Assembly: GCA_965232515.1 (NCBI GenBank)
Contig: CBDDPY010000002.1
Coordinates: forward strand, 832,001 to 896,000
Length of the DNA: 64,000 nucleotides
Origin: Alphaproteobacteria bacterium
GTDB lineage: Bacteria > Pseudomonadota > Alphaproteobacteria > GCA-2731375
Reading direction: 5' to 3'
The first letter of the stretch is position 1. The number at the start of each line of letters is the position of its first letter. The notes beneath the pieces are model-generated. The model saw only the letters and a program-made list of their open reading frames with translations, was not told the DNA's origin and ran no database searches. The translations under genes and the position numbers were made by a program. Positions 36,167 through 48,260 of this stretch are shown in pieces.

Positions 36167-38896
36167 ATGCTCTGGCTGATCGGCATCGTCGTCGCCATCG
36201 GACTGCCGGTCTGCGCCATTCTGGGCGCGGTCGCCTTTACGCGGTCCCGACGCCTGGAAGATCAACTGCGGCGGGTCAGCAACGATCTCGACCTGCTACG
36301 CATGCAATTCGAGCATCTCGGGCGCCAGCAGGAGCAACCGCCGTCGGCAGAGTCCACCGAGGCGGGCAACGTTACGCCCGAGCCGGAACCGGCTGCCGAC
36401 GAGCCGGAAACGCCGATGCCGGAACCGGAGCAGGCACCGGCCGCCGCCATGGCGACGGTTGCCGTCGACCGGTCGGCGTCGATCGAGGAGAGCTTCACGT
36501 CGAAATGGCTGGTCTGGCTGGGCGGCGTCACCATCGCGCTTGGCGGCGGCTTCCTCGTGAAGTTCAGCATCGATCAAGGCCTGTTAGGGCCGGGGCCGCG
36601 CACGCTGATCGGCCTTGCCGTTGGCGTGCTATTGATTGCCGGCGGCGAGTGGCTGCGTCGCCGCCCTCGTGAACGGCAATGGGCCACGATCAAGCCGTCA
36701 TATATCCCGGCGGCGCTCACGGCGGGCGGTCTGTTCACGCTTTTCGCCAACATCTTCGCGGCCTATGGCCTCTACGGCTTCATCTCGCCGCTGGTCGCCT
36801 TCGTCGGCCTGACGCTGATCGCGGCGCTGGCCTTCGGGCTGTCGTTGCTGCAGGGCCCGTTCATCGCCGCGCTGGCGATCGTCGGCGGCTACAGCATCCC
36901 GGTTCTGGTCTCGACCGGCAGCGCCGATATGCTGGGGCTGTTCGGGTTTCTGTTGTTGCTGCAGGTCACCGCGCTCGCGGTCCTGCGCTACATGGCCTGG
37001 TGGTGGCTCGGCTGGCTGACGCTCGCCGGCGCCGTCGTCTGGACGCTGTTGTGGTTGATCGACCCTTACACGCACGGAGATGCGCCGGTTCAGGCCGCCT
37101 ATCTGTTGCTGACGTCGGCGCTGTTCGTCTTCACCCGCTATCGGACGCCGGACGATGCCTATGACGTCACGCCCTCATGGTCCGCGCTTCTTGGCCTGCC
37201 GAACGCGATCAAGCAGGCCTGGGTCGCGGCACTGCTCGCCGCGCTGCTGACGTTCGTCCTGATCCGGGTCGACGGCTATGGCACGCCTGTTCTGATCGTG
37301 CTCGGCCTGCTGACCCTGCTATGGCTGGTCGCCGGAAGACGGGAAGCCGTGTTCGACATCCTGCCGGCCGTCGGCCTCGCCCTCGTTGCCGCGACGCTCG
37401 CCCTCTGGCATCTGCCGAGTATCGTCAGCCTGCGCGGCCCGATGTTCCAGTTTGACGGCGAGAGCTACGGCCATCTGATCGGACCGGTCGTGCCGCCGGA
37501 GCTGACCACGTTCGTCGCCACCACCATTGTCTTCGCCACGTTGCTGGCGGTCGGCTGTTTCGTCGCCCTGTGGGGGGCGCGGCGGCCCGGGCTCTGGGCG
37601 GCCGTGTCGACGGCCGCGCCACTGATCCTGTTGATCGTTGCCTACGGCCGGATCGCCCGGTTCGAGGTCGATTTCGCCTGGGCCGCGATCAGCCTGGGCG
37701 TCGGCGTGATCAACCTCGCCGCCGCCTATCGCGTGGCGCGCTATCGCGGCCACCATGGCATGGACGCGGCGCTCGGCGCCTATGCCGTCGGCGTCGTCGC
37801 CGCGGTCGTCCTGGCGACCGCCATCGTGCTGGAGGAGGCCTGGCTGACCGTGGCGCTGGCGGTGCAGCTGCCGGTGATCGCCTGGATCAACGACAAGCTG
37901 AAGGTGGACGGCCTGCGTCATGTCGCCGTCGTGCTCGGCGGCGCGGTGCTGACGCGCCTTGCCTTCAACTACGCGATCATCGACTACCGGGACGCCGGCC
38001 TGCCGATCCTGAACTGGATTCTCTACGGCTACGGCATTCCCGCGCTGGCCTTCTACCTGGCGGCGGGGCTGTTCCGCCGACAACGCGACGACCATCTCGT
38101 GGTTCTGATGGAGGCCGGCGCGCTGGCCTTCGCGACGCTGCTGGTCAGCCTGCAAATCCGGCACCTGATGACGGGCGGCGACCTGGTCGCCGACTACCGC
38201 TTTACGGAAATGGCGCTGCAATCGATCGCCTGGCTAGCGATCGGCTACGCGCTCTACGTGGCGCAAGCGCGGCGCGACCGCCTAGTCAGCCGCTGGGGCT
38301 GGCGTATCCTGACGGGTCTCGGGACGCTGCAGGTCTTCGGCGGCCAGGTGCTGCTGTTCAATCCGCTGTTTCATTGGGGCGAGCCGGTGGGCGATTGGCC
38401 GGTGGTCAATCTGCTGCTGCTGGCCTATGGCTTGCCTGCGTTGATTGCCGGCCTGTTCGCCCGGCAAGCCGGTTTGCGGGGGCAGGGACGCCTGGCGGCG
38501 GCCGCGGGCATTGCGGTGCTGGCGCTGCTGTTCGTCGAGCTGTCGCTGGAAATCCGACGCGGCTTCCATGGGCCGGTGCTCTATGGCGGGTTCGTCAGCG
38601 ATCCCGAATGGTACGCCTATTCGGCCGGCTGGCTGGTCTATGCCGGCGTGCTGCTGGCGCTCGGCATCTGGCGCGGCAGCGCGGCGTTGCGCTACGCCTC
38701 GCTCGCCATCGTCATGCTGACCGTCGCCAAGGTATTCCTGATCGATATGTCCGAGCTGACCGGCATCCTGCGCGCGTTGTCCTTCATGGGCCTCGGCCTG
38801 ACGCTGGTCGGCGTCGGCTGGCTCTACCGCCGCTTCGTCTTCCCGCCGACGCCGCCCGCGCCGGCGGCCGGGGCGAGCGCCCCGGCGTCGGACTGA
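36167..38896 (+). CDS. DUF2339 family large membrane protein
   Basis: WLVWLGG...GEWLRRR, KVFLIDMSELTGILRALSF; many TM segments. Confidence 0.88.
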   Translation: MLWLIGIVVAIGLPVCAILGAVAFTRSRRLEDQLRRVSNDLDLLRMQFEHLGRQQEQPPSAESTEAGNVTPEPEPAADEPETPMPEPEQAPAAAMATVAVDRSASIEESFTSKWLVWLGGVTIALGGGFLVKFSIDQGLLGPGPRTLIGLAVGVLLIAGGEWLRRRPRERQWATIKPSYIPAALTAGGLFTLFANIFAAYGLYGFISPLVAFVGLTLIAALAFGLSLLQGPFIAALAIVGGYSIPVLVSTGSADMLGLFGFLLLLQVTALAVLRYMAWWWLGWLTLAGAVVWTLLWLIDPYTHGDAPVQAAYLLLTSALFVFTRYRTPDDAYDVTPSWSALLGLPNAIKQAWVAALLAALLTFVLIRVDGYGTPVLIVLGLLTLLWLVAGRREAVFDILPAVGLALVAATLALWHLPSIVSLRGPMFQFDGESYGHLIGPVVPPELTTFVATTIVFATLLAVGCFVALWGARRPGLWAAVSTAAPLILLIVAYGRIARFEVDFAWAAISLGVGVINLAAAYRVARYRGHHGMDAALGAYAVGVVAAVVLATAIVLEEAWLTVALAVQLPVIAWINDKLKVDGLRHVAVVLGGAVLTRLAFNYAIIDYRDAGLPILNWILYGYGIPALAFYLAAGLFRRQRDDHLVVLMEAGALAFATLLVSLQIRHLMTGGDLVADYRFTEMALQSIAWLAIGYALYVAQARRDRLVSRWGWRILTGLGTLQVFGGQVLLFNPLFHWGEPVGDWPVVNLLLLAYGLPALIAGLFARQAGLRGQGRLAAAAGIAVLALLFVELSLEIRRGFHGPVLYGGFVSDPEWYAYSAGWLVYAGVLLALGIWRGSAALRYASLAIVMLTVAKVFLIDMSELTGILRALSFMGLGLTLVGVGWLYRRFVFPPTPPAPAAGASAPASD

Positions 38897-38912
38897 TGGT
38901 CGGAGGTTTGCG

Positions 38913-40022
<1,110 letters not shown>

Positions 40023-40066
40023 GATGCTCTCCCTTATTGCGTTCGTTCTGTCGACGTTTTGCTTGA

Positions 40067-40828
40067 TCAGGTGGCGTAGTCCGGCTCATCGCGGTCGAGC
40101 AGGCGCTTCAGCGACTCGAAATGTCGCGCCGCCGAGTTCGCGACGTTCGGCATCATCTGCTCGTGCGTGTGCTTGGCCATGTTGTCGCTGACCTTCTTCA
40201 GCGGCAGGCCGGTCGACATGGCGATGACCTGGGCCTGGCAGGCGCGCTCGAGATAGTAGAGGGCGTCGAAGGCCTGGGCCACGGTCGGCCCGATCACAGT
40301 GACGCCGTGATTGGCCATGAACATGACTTCCTTGTCGCCCATGGCCGCGGCGATCCGGTCGCCTTCGTCATTGGCCAGCGCCAGGCCGTTGAAGTCTTCG
40401 TCATAGGCCACCCGACCGTAGAACCGGATGGCTGATTGGATCGTCGGCTCGAGCCGCCCGCCCAGCACCTGCGTCAGGGCCGTCGCATAGGGCTGATGCG
40501 TGTGCAGCACGCAGGCCGCATCGGGCGCCTTCAGATGGATGCGCGAATGGATATAGAAGGCGGTGTCCTCGGCGATGCCGTCGCCCTCGATGACATTGCC
40601 GTCAACATCGACCACCAGCAGGTTACTGGCGGTGACCTCGGACCAGTGCAGCCCGTAGGGGTTGAGCAGGAAACGGTTTTCGGCGCCCGGCACCATCAGC
40701 GTGAAATGGTTGCAGATCCCCTCGTGGAACCCGTTGCGCACGGCCAGACGAAAGGCCGCGGCCAGATCGACCCGGGCCTGCCAGACGGCGTCGTCGCTGG
40801 CCGGCATTGGCGCTGCAGCTATGCTCAT
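40067..40828 (-). CDS. Class II aldolase/adducin family protein
   Basis: [29 protein letters not shown]. Confidence 0.9.
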   Translation of the reverse strand: MSIAAAPMPASDDAVWQARVDLAAAFRLAVRNGFHEGICNHFTLMVPGAENRFLLNPYGLHWSEVTASNLLVVDVDGNVIEGDGIAEDTAFYIHSRIHLKAPDAACVLHTHQPYATALTQVLGGRLEPTIQSAIRFYGRVAYDEDFNGLALANDEGDRIAAAMGDKEVMFMANHGVTVIGPTVAQAFDALYYLERACQAQVIAMSTGLPLKKVSDNMAKHTHEQMMPNVANSAARHFESLKRLLDRDEPDYAT

Positions 40829-41022
40829 ATCCTGTCGCCCCTCCAATACATTCGGACACCGTTATACACGCGGGTCCGGCCGCATTCCAGGCAGGGGCAT
40901 TTGGTTAACGGCTGTTATGCGTTGATGGGCAACAAGGGCCCGGCTATGCTGCCGCCATGTCAATCGGCGGTATGCTGAACAAGAAACAACGGCCGCCATT
41001 CGAGTCTGGGAGGTATCGCAGC

Positions 41023-42066
41023 ATGAAAACACTCGCACTCCGTTTCGGCACGGCGCTGGCCGGCGTTGCCGCGTTGGGCCTGGTTGCCACCGGCACGGCC
41101 GAGGCCGCCGAGGTCGACGGGCCGAAGGTCGACTGGAATCTGTCGCTCTGGGGCAAGAAGCGGGCCTTCACCAGCGGCCTGGAAGCCGTGGTCAACTACG
41201 TGTCGGACAAGACCGGCGGCAACTTCACGATCAACATGGCGCTCGGCGAAGCGCTGTCGAAATCGCGTGAAAACCTCGACGGCATACAGCTCGGCGCGTT
41301 CGAGATGGCGGCGTTCTGCAACTTCTACCATCCGGGCAAGAATCCCTCGTTCATGGTGATGTCGCTGCCTTTCCTGCCGCTGGCGAACCCGGACGTGCAC
41401 CAGAAGGTGGCCGAGGCGCTGTACCAGCACCCGGCCGCGATCGCCGACATGGACCGCTGGAATGCCAAGCTGTACCTGTCGTCCCTGCTGCCGCAGTACG
41501 AGTTCCTGGGCCGCGGCGATGCGCCGACGTCGATCAACGGTTTCGACGGCATGCGGGTGCGCGCCGGCGGCGGCATCGGCCGCGCCATGGAGGTGCTCGG
41601 CGCGACGCGGATGACCGTGCCCGCGCCTGAGGTCTATACCGTGATCGAGCGCGGCACCGTCGATGCCGTGTCCTTTCCGTTCACCTACGCGCACTTCGCC
41701 TATCGCGTGCACGAAGTCGCCACCTGGTACACCGCGAACCTGAAGCCCGGCACCAGCGAATGCCCGACGGTGATCAACAAGGACGCCTGGGCCAAGCTGC
41801 CGCCACAGTACCAGCAGGTGCTGATGGACGCGAAGCCGGTGGGCTATGCCGCCCTGAAGAATGCCTATTCCGACATCGACAAGAAGAACCTGCCGGTGCT
41901 GGAGCAGAAGCTGCAGAAGATCGTCTATTCGGACGCCGACCTGGAAACGTTCCGCGCCAAGGCCGGCAAGCCGGTCTGGGACGAGTGGGTGGCGCAGAAC
42001 AAGGACAAGTTCGATTCAGCCGGCGTGCTGAAGCTGGTGCTCGACACCGCCAAGGGGGCGATGTAA
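41023..42066 (+). CDS. dctP: TRAP substrate-binding protein
   Basis: Signal peptide, GMRVRA, EVYTVIERGTVD. Confidence 0.92.
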   Translation: MKTLALRFGTALAGVAALGLVATGTAEAAEVDGPKVDWNLSLWGKKRAFTSGLEAVVNYVSDKTGGNFTINMALGEALSKSRENLDGIQLGAFEMAAFCNFYHPGKNPSFMVMSLPFLPLANPDVHQKVAEALYQHPAAIADMDRWNAKLYLSSLLPQYEFLGRGDAPTSINGFDGMRVRAGGGIGRAMEVLGATRMTVPAPEVYTVIERGTVDAVSFPFTYAHFAYRVHEVATWYTANLKPGTSECPTVINKDAWAKLPPQYQQVLMDAKPVGYAALKNAYSDIDKKNLPVLEQKLQKIVYSDADLETFRAKAGKPVWDEWVAQNKDKFDSAGVLKLVLDTAKGAM

Positions 42067-42171
42067 TCGACTGGATCGTGGCCGGGACGGCGGATTCGCC
42101 ACTGTCCCGGCCACAAACCCTCCTCGGGATCATGCGGTCTCAACCGCCTCGAAACAGCATGGCATCGGCCG

Positions 42172-42774
42172 ATGTCCGGCTTTGACCGCGTTCTCGCCCG
42201 CATCGAGACGGGCTTCAACCTGATCGCCGCCTTCAGCATTTTCGTATTGATGTTCCTCGGCGTGGGACAGGTGCTGGGCCGCAAGCTGCTCAACATGCCG
42301 ATCTTCGGTTATCTCGACATCGTCGAGCAGGCAATCGCGCTATTCGCCTTCCTGGGCATCGCTTATTGCCAGCGCCTCGGCGGCCATATCCGCATGGAAC
42401 TGCTGCTGACCCAGCTTCGCGGCCGCGCGCTCTGGCTGGCCGAGGCTCTAGGCATCGTTCTGGCGTTGGCTGTTGTCGCCATCCTGATCGAGAACAGCTT
42501 CGGCCATTTCCTGCGCGCCTACGAATTCGGCGATTCAACCATCGACGCCGAGATACCGGTCTGGCCATCGAAACTGCTGGTGCCGGTGGCGTTCTCGCTG
42601 CTCTGGCTGCGACTGGTGCTGCAGCTCGTCGAGTACGGCCGGCTGGCACTCGATCCCGACAGCAAGCCGCGTGGCGTGCCGACGATCGCGGCACTCAGCG
42701 AACAGGCCCAGCGCGAGATCCAGGAAGCCGGTGTCGACGACGCGCCGCCGCAAACGGCGCGGGGCGGGAGCTAG
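42172..42774 (+). CDS. dctQ: TRAP small permease
   Basis: GGHIRMELL; 4 TM segments. Confidence 0.9.
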   Translation: MSGFDRVLARIETGFNLIAAFSIFVLMFLGVGQVLGRKLLNMPIFGYLDIVEQAIALFAFLGIAYCQRLGGHIRMELLLTQLRGRALWLAEALGIVLALAVVAILIENSFGHFLRAYEFGDSTIDAEIPVWPSKLLVPVAFSLLWLRLVLQLVEYGRLALDPDSKPRGVPTIAALSEQAQREIQEAGVDDAPPQTARGGS

Positions 42775-42777
42775 GCT

Positions 42778-44079
42778 ATGGATCCGTTGACCATCGGCAT
42801 TATCGGCATGGGCGGTCTGATCCTGCTGGTGGTGATCGGCGTGCGCGTCGTCTTCGCGGCGGCGATCGTCGGCATGATCGGCCTCATTTCCATGCTGGGC
42901 TGGGACGCCGGGACGGGCATGGCCGGCACCATCCCGCATTCGAAGTCGGTGGCTTATACGCTCAGCGTCCTGCCGATGTTCATCCTGATCGGCTATCTGG
43001 CCTTCCACGCCGGTCTGACCACGGCCCTTTTTGACGCGGCGCGAAAATGGGTCGGTTGGGTGCCGGGCGGTCTCGCTGTCGCCAGCGTGTTCGCGACGGC
43101 CGGCTTCGCCGCCGTGTCCGGCGCCAGCACCTCGACGGCGGCCGTGTTCTCGCGCATCGCCATTCCCGAGATGCTGCGCAACAACTACGACCGCAAGCTG
43201 GCCGCCGGCGTGGTCGCGGCCGGCGGTACGCTGGCCTCGCTGATTCCGCCCAGCGCGATCCTGGTGATCTACGCCATCATCGTCGAGGAATCGGTTGGCC
43301 GCCTGCTACTGGCGGGCTTCATACCGGGCGTCTTCTCGGCCGTGATCTACGCGGCCCTGATCATCATTCGCGCCAAGATGAACCCGGAGCTGGGCCCGGC
43401 GATCAAGGGCTATACCTGGGGCGACCGGATGCGGGCGCTGCCGGGCACGTCGCCTATCATCCTGGTGATCTTCATCATCTTCGGCTGCATCTATTTCGGC
43501 TGGGCAACGCCGACCGAGGCCGGCGCCATGGGCGCCTTCGTGGTCTTCACGATGGCGATGCTGCGCGGCATGAAGTGGAACAACCTGCGCGACGCGCTGC
43601 TGGAGACGGCGAAGCTGACCGTGATGATCTTCTCGATCATCTGGGGCATTCTGGTCTTCGTGCGCTTCCTCGGCTTCGCCCGCCTGCCGGAAGCGTTTGC
43701 GGAATGGATCATCGCGCTGCCGTTCCCGCCGATCGTCATCATCATCTTCATTCTGTTGGCCTATGCCGTCCTGGGCATGTTCATGGACGCCATCGGCATG
43801 CTGCTGCTGACCCTGCCGGTGGTTTATCCGGCCGTGGTGGCGCTGGGCTACGACCCGATCTGGTTCGGCATCATCGTGGTGAAGATGGTCGAGATCTGCC
43901 TGGTGACGCCGCCGATCGGTTTGAACTGCTATGTCGTCAACGGCGTTAGACCGGACATACCACTTGAAGACGTCTTCCGCGGCATCGGGCCGTTCTTTAT
44001 CGCCGATGTGCTGACGGTGGCGCTGCTTGTGGCGTTTCCGCAGATCATCCTGTTCCTGCCGAACACCATGTTCAACTAG
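42778..44079 (+). CDS. dctM: TRAP large permease
   Basis: GTLASLIPPS, TPTEAG, VTPPIGLN. Confidence 0.93.
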   Translation: MDPLTIGIIGMGGLILLVVIGVRVVFAAAIVGMIGLISMLGWDAGTGMAGTIPHSKSVAYTLSVLPMFILIGYLAFHAGLTTALFDAARKWVGWVPGGLAVASVFATAGFAAVSGASTSTAAVFSRIAIPEMLRNNYDRKLAAGVVAAGGTLASLIPPSAILVIYAIIVEESVGRLLLAGFIPGVFSAVIYAALIIIRAKMNPELGPAIKGYTWGDRMRALPGTSPIILVIFIIFGCIYFGWATPTEAGAMGAFVVFTMAMLRGMKWNNLRDALLETAKLTVMIFSIIWGILVFVRFLGFARLPEAFAEWIIALPFPPIVIIIFILLAYAVLGMFMDAIGMLLLTLPVVYPAVVALGYDPIWFGIIVVKMVEICLVTPPIGLNCYVVNGVRPDIPLEDVFRGIGPFFIADVLTVALLVAFPQIILFLPNTMFN

Positions 44080-44399
44080 TCGTCGATTTCGACGTCCAGA
44101 CCCAGGATCATGGCGCTCCAGGACTTGCCGTGGCCGTCCAGGTTCAGCGACTCGTTCACGCCGCCTTCCAGGGCCGCGTCCATAACGAAATTCAAGCCAT
44201 GCAGATGCGGCAGCTCATGGCGCGCGATCGGCCCGGACAGCACGCCGCCAAAGGCCGCCTTCAGGACGTCGGGCGTCACCTGCCGCCGAACCGCCTCATA
44301 GTGTCGCGGCTCGTAGACCCAGAGCGAGACGTTCGAGCGGTTGCCCTTGTCGCCGGCGCGGGCATGCGCGATCTCGCGCAGCGTCACACGGCGGCTCAT
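44076..44399 (-). CDS. AtuA-related ferredoxin-fold small protein
   Basis: AHARAGDKGN, ALEGGVNESLNLDGHGKS. Confidence 0.85.
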   Translation of the reverse strand: MSRRVTLREIAHARAGDKGNRSNVSLWVYEPRHYEAVRRQVTPDVLKAAFGGVLSGPIARHELPHLHGLNFVMDAALEGGVNESLNLDGHGKSWSAMILGLDVEIDD

Positions 44400-45739
44400 G
44401 CGGTGAACAGCTCGACGCTGGGCGAGACCGTGTCGCGGTCGATGAAGGCCGAATAGGTCATCACGCTGGGCGTGGCGCGGCCGCGAAAACCGCCGCCGGC
44501 CGCCGGCCCGCAGCACAGCAGCGCCTCGACCTCCCACAAGAGCGTATCGGCCTCGTCGCGGCCGCCGGCGCGCATGGCGCAGCGCAGGCGGACGTCCTGG
44601 CTGTCGGTCGCATAGTCGGCGCCGGAGGCGTGCAGGGCGTTGACGCCGATCAGGTCGACCCGCAACGGGGCGTTGCTGCCGTGCACGTGCCGCATCCGCT
44701 CCATGACGATGTCGCCGGCGAGCCGCGCGCGGTCCTGCGCGCCGGGGCCGGCATAGGAAACCTCGGCCTCGGCCAGGAAACCGCCGTCGAACGCCACCGT
44801 AACCTTGAGCTGGTCCGGCCGCGCGGCGCCGGACGCCTTCGATACGCGCACCCGGTCGCCGCCCTGATCGTCGACATCGACACCACTGAAATCCGCCACC
44901 ACGTCGGGCGTGACATAGCTGGCCGGATCGTGCACCTCGTAGAACAGCTGTTCCTTCACCGTGCGTTCGGTAACGCAACCGCCGGCGTCGGCGAGCTTGG
45001 TGATGACAACGCCGCCATCAGTGTCGACCTCGGCGATGGGGAAGCCCACGTAAGCGAGATCGGCGACGTCCTTGTACCCGGGGTCGGCGAAATAGCCGCC
45101 GGTGATCTGGGCGGCACATTCCATCAAATGGCCGACGACAGTGCCGGCGCCGAGCCGCGCCCAGTCGTCGTCAGCCCAGCCGAAGGCGTGGCGCAGCGGC
45201 GCCAGGAACATGGCGGGATCGGAAACGCGGCCGGCGATGATAATGTCGGCGCCCGCCTTCAGCGCCGGCATTAGCGCGTCGGCGCCGAGATAGGCGTTGG
45301 CGCCGACCACCGGCCGGCCGACACCGGCGACGTCGGTGCCCGGCTCCCAGAGTTGGGTTTCCGGGGTGATCAGCCCGCCGACATCGTCGCCTTCGATGGC
45401 CGCGACGGTCAGCCCGCCCAAGCCGAGCTCGCGGGCGATCTCGATCGTACGCATGGCGGCGCCGCGCGGATTGGCGACGCCCATATTGGTGATCAACCGG
45501 GTGCCGTGTTCGGCGCAGAGCGGCAGCATCGCGCGCATGCGCCGGTCGAGCAGGGGGTTATAGCCTCTGGACGGATCGGCCCGGCGATCGCGGTGGCCGA
45601 AGGCGAGCGTGCGCTCGCCGACGCACTCGAAAACAATGGCGTCGAGGCGCCCCTTGGCGACGAGCTCGACGGCCGGATCGAGGCGATCGGAGGAAAACCC
45701 GGCGCCGGTGCCGATGCGGTAGGTCTGCGGATCGTGCAT
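44396..45739 (-). CDS. AtuA (DUF1446) family protein
   Basis: GAGFSSDR, ECVGERT, GHLMECAAQITGG, EQLFYEVHDP, GPAAGGG. Confidence 0.9.
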   Translation of the reverse strand: MHDPQTYRIGTGAGFSSDRLDPAVELVAKGRLDAIVFECVGERTLAFGHRDRRADPSRGYNPLLDRRMRAMLPLCAEHGTRLITNMGVANPRGAAMRTIEIARELGLGGLTVAAIEGDDVGGLITPETQLWEPGTDVAGVGRPVVGANAYLGADALMPALKAGADIIIAGRVSDPAMFLAPLRHAFGWADDDWARLGAGTVVGHLMECAAQITGGYFADPGYKDVADLAYVGFPIAEVDTDGGVVITKLADAGGCVTERTVKEQLFYEVHDPASYVTPDVVADFSGVDVDDQGGDRVRVSKASGAARPDQLKVTVAFDGGFLAEAEVSYAGPGAQDRARLAGDIVMERMRHVHGSNAPLRVDLIGVNALHASGADYATDSQDVRLRCAMRAGGRDEADTLLWEVEALLCCGPAAGGGFRGRATPSVMTYSAFIDRDTVSPSVELFTA

Positions 45740-45800
45740 GGCTGGCGAGACTAGCACAGGCTATCCGTCGTCATGGACATGCATTAGCCTGCCGCCACCC

Positions 45801-47027
45801 ATGTCGAACGATGCCCGTCGCATCACGCGTAACGCGTTCCTCGTCCTGGCGACGTGTTTCACGCTCCTCCTGCTGGCCCGTGGCGCAATGGAGACCTACG
45901 CGGTCTTCCTGCTGCCGCTGTCGGCCGAGTTCGGCTGGGACCGGACCTCGGTATCGGGTGTCTATTCGCTGGCCTTCATCGTTCTCGGCACCGCCGGCCC
46001 GGTCATCGGCTGGCTGTTCGACCGGTTCGGGCCGGCGCGGCTCTATCTGCTCGGCATCACCTGTTTGGTCGCCGCCATGCTGCTGGCCTCGCGGGCAACG
46101 GCGCTCTGGCAATTCTATCTGGCCATGGGGTTGTTGCTCGGGTTCGGCGCCTCCTGCGTCGGCGCGGTGCCGACGGCCGCGCTATTGAGCCGCTGGTTCC
46201 AACGCCGCCTGAATTCGGCCCTGGCGGTCGCCTATTCGGCGGGCGGCATCGGCATCATGTTGCTGGCCCCGACGGCGCAATATCTGATCGACCAGTTCGG
46301 TTGGCGCACGGCATATATGGCGTTGGCGGCGCTTCTCTCTTTCGGATTGCCGCTACTGCTGGTGATCCGTCTGACCCGCGCGGGCGAGGGCAATCCCGGA
46401 CAGGCGGCCGTCCTGGCACGGACGGAGAGCGCTGAATCCGGGCTGACCTTGAATCAGGCGGTCGGCACCGCCGCCTTTTGGGGGCTGACCTGGACGTTCT
46501 GCCTGACCGGGATCGGCATGTATTCGGTGATGCTGCAGACGCCGGCGTTCCTCATCGAGATCGGCTATACGCCACAGACCGCCGCCCAGGCCTTCGGGCT
46601 CGTCGGCATACTGGCGCCGGTGGGCATGATCGGCTTCGGCTGGCTCGGCGACCGGATCGGTCGGCGCCGGGCAATCCTGCTGAGTTATGGCCTGACGCTG
46701 GGCGGCATCGCCTGTCTGCTGGGCCTGACGCGGCAGCCTTCGCTCCTGCTGTTGGCCGGCTTCGTGTGCATGTTCGGCGGCACGTTCGGATCCCGGGGAC
46801 CGGCCATCACCACAGTCGCCGCCACCATCTTTCGGGGACCGCACCTCGGCCGGATCTACGGCTGCATTACAATCGGCATGGGCTTTGGCGGCGGACTGGG
46901 CGCCTATTTCGGCGGGTTTTGGCACGACGCCACCGGCGGTTACGAAGCCGGCATGATCTTCGCCCTGACCATGGTGGCACTCGGCAGCCTGCCGTTCATT
47001 CTGGTGCCGGCGATGGCGAAATCCTGA
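45801..47027 (+). CDS. MFS transporter
   Basis: GWLFDRFGP and GWLGDRIGRR motifs; 12-TM pattern. Confidence 0.9.
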   Translation: MSNDARRITRNAFLVLATCFTLLLLARGAMETYAVFLLPLSAEFGWDRTSVSGVYSLAFIVLGTAGPVIGWLFDRFGPARLYLLGITCLVAAMLLASRATALWQFYLAMGLLLGFGASCVGAVPTAALLSRWFQRRLNSALAVAYSAGGIGIMLLAPTAQYLIDQFGWRTAYMALAALLSFGLPLLLVIRLTRAGEGNPGQAAVLARTESAESGLTLNQAVGTAAFWGLTWTFCLTGIGMYSVMLQTPAFLIEIGYTPQTAAQAFGLVGILAPVGMIGFGWLGDRIGRRRAILLSYGLTLGGIACLLGLTRQPSLLLLAGFVCMFGGTFGSRGPAITTVAATIFRGPHLGRIYGCITIGMGFGGGLGAYFGGFWHDATGGYEAGMIFALTMVALGSLPFILVPAMAKS

Positions 47028-47048
47028 CATTCCTGATATGAAAGACGC

Positions 47049-47426
47049 ATGCACCAGGGGTTGATTGCGCAGGACAGCGAGCTGCACCGCTACGCGCCGC
47101 CGGGCCATGCCGGTACGGTTAACGTGCGGCTGGTGGAGAGGGATTTCTGCGGCGCCTTCGAGATGATCCACGGCACTATCGCGCCCGGCGGCGAAGCCGA
47201 GCGGCACCGGCACGAGACCGAGCATCAGGTGATTTACCTGCTGGACGGCGAGGCTTCGGTCGAGCTTGGCGATGATCCCGCCGTGCACTGCGGCGCGGGC
47301 GCGGTGATCCGTATCCCGCCGCGGGTCGACCACCGCGTGGTCAATACCGGCGACACGCCGTTGAAAGTTATCGTGCTCTACAGTCCGCCGCTGCCGCCGC
47401 GCGACGACACACCGATCAAGGAGTAG
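47049..47426 (+). CDS. Cupin domain protein
   Basis: HRHETEHQ...IPPRVDH. Confidence 0.88.
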   Translation: MHQGLIAQDSELHRYAPPGHAGTVNVRLVERDFCGAFEMIHGTIAPGGEAERHRHETEHQVIYLLDGEASVELGDDPAVHCGAGAVIRIPPRVDHRVVNTGDTPLKVIVLYSPPLPPRDDTPIKE

Positions 47427-47432
47427 TACCCG

Positions 47433-48260
47433 ATGGACGATCTGATCCTGCCCGATGTCGACAGTCTGGCCGCCGGCGTCGCCGACGGCGCCAAGGTGGC
47501 GATCGTCAAGAACAAGAGCGGTGTGCCGATGGCTGCGGTGCGGGCGCTGATCCGGCGGGGAGTGAAGGATCTACATGTCGTGGGCGTGCCGACCAGCGGC
47601 CTGCCGATCGACATGCTGGTCGGCGCCGGTTGTGTGGCGACGGTGGAAGCGGCGGGCGTCACGTTGGACGAGTTCGGCCAGTCGCCGTGCTTCGGCCGCG
47701 CCGCCAAAGCGGGTGAGATCCGGCTGAAGGACTCGACCTGCCCGGCGGTCTATGCCGGTCTGCAGGCGGCCGAGAAGGGCATTCCGTTCATGCCGTTGCG
47801 CGGCCTGATCGGCTCGGACATCGCCCGGTACCGCGACGACTACAAGGTGATCGAGAACCCGTTCGCCGAGAACGACCCGATTGTCGCCTTGCCGGCGATC
47901 CAGCCGGACGTCGCGCTGATCCACGCGCCGTTCGCCGACCGACAGGGCAATGTCTGGATCGGCCGTCAGCGCGAGCTGCTGCTGATGGCGCATGCCGCGC
48001 GCGAGACCCTGGTCACGGTCGAGGAGATTGTCGACGGCAATCTGCTGCAGGACGAGACGCTGGCGCCGGCGACCATTCCGGCCTTCTATGTGCACGGCGT
48101 CGCCGTGGCTGAGAAGGGCGCCTGGCCGCTGAACCTGCCGGGCCGCTATGACGAGGACGAAGCGCATCTGGCGCTCTATGCCCGGCAGGCGGCGACCGCC
48201 GAGGGGTTCGCGGCCTATCTCGCCGAATACGTGACCGACGCCCGTGTCGCCGCCGAGTAA
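47433..48260 (+). CDS. Family I CoA-transferase subunit A (glutaconate CoA-transferase-like)
   Basis: GIPFMPLRGLIGSD, PDVALIHA...DRQGN. Confidence 0.88.
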   Translation: MDDLILPDVDSLAAGVADGAKVAIVKNKSGVPMAAVRALIRRGVKDLHVVGVPTSGLPIDMLVGAGCVATVEAAGVTLDEFGQSPCFGRAAKAGEIRLKDSTCPAVYAGLQAAEKGIPFMPLRGLIGSDIARYRDDYKVIENPFAENDPIVALPAIQPDVALIHAPFADRQGNVWIGRQRELLLMAHAARETLVTVEEIVDGNLLQDETLAPATIPAFYVHGVAVAEKGAWPLNLPGRYDEDEAHLALYARQAATAEGFAAYLAEYVTDARVAAE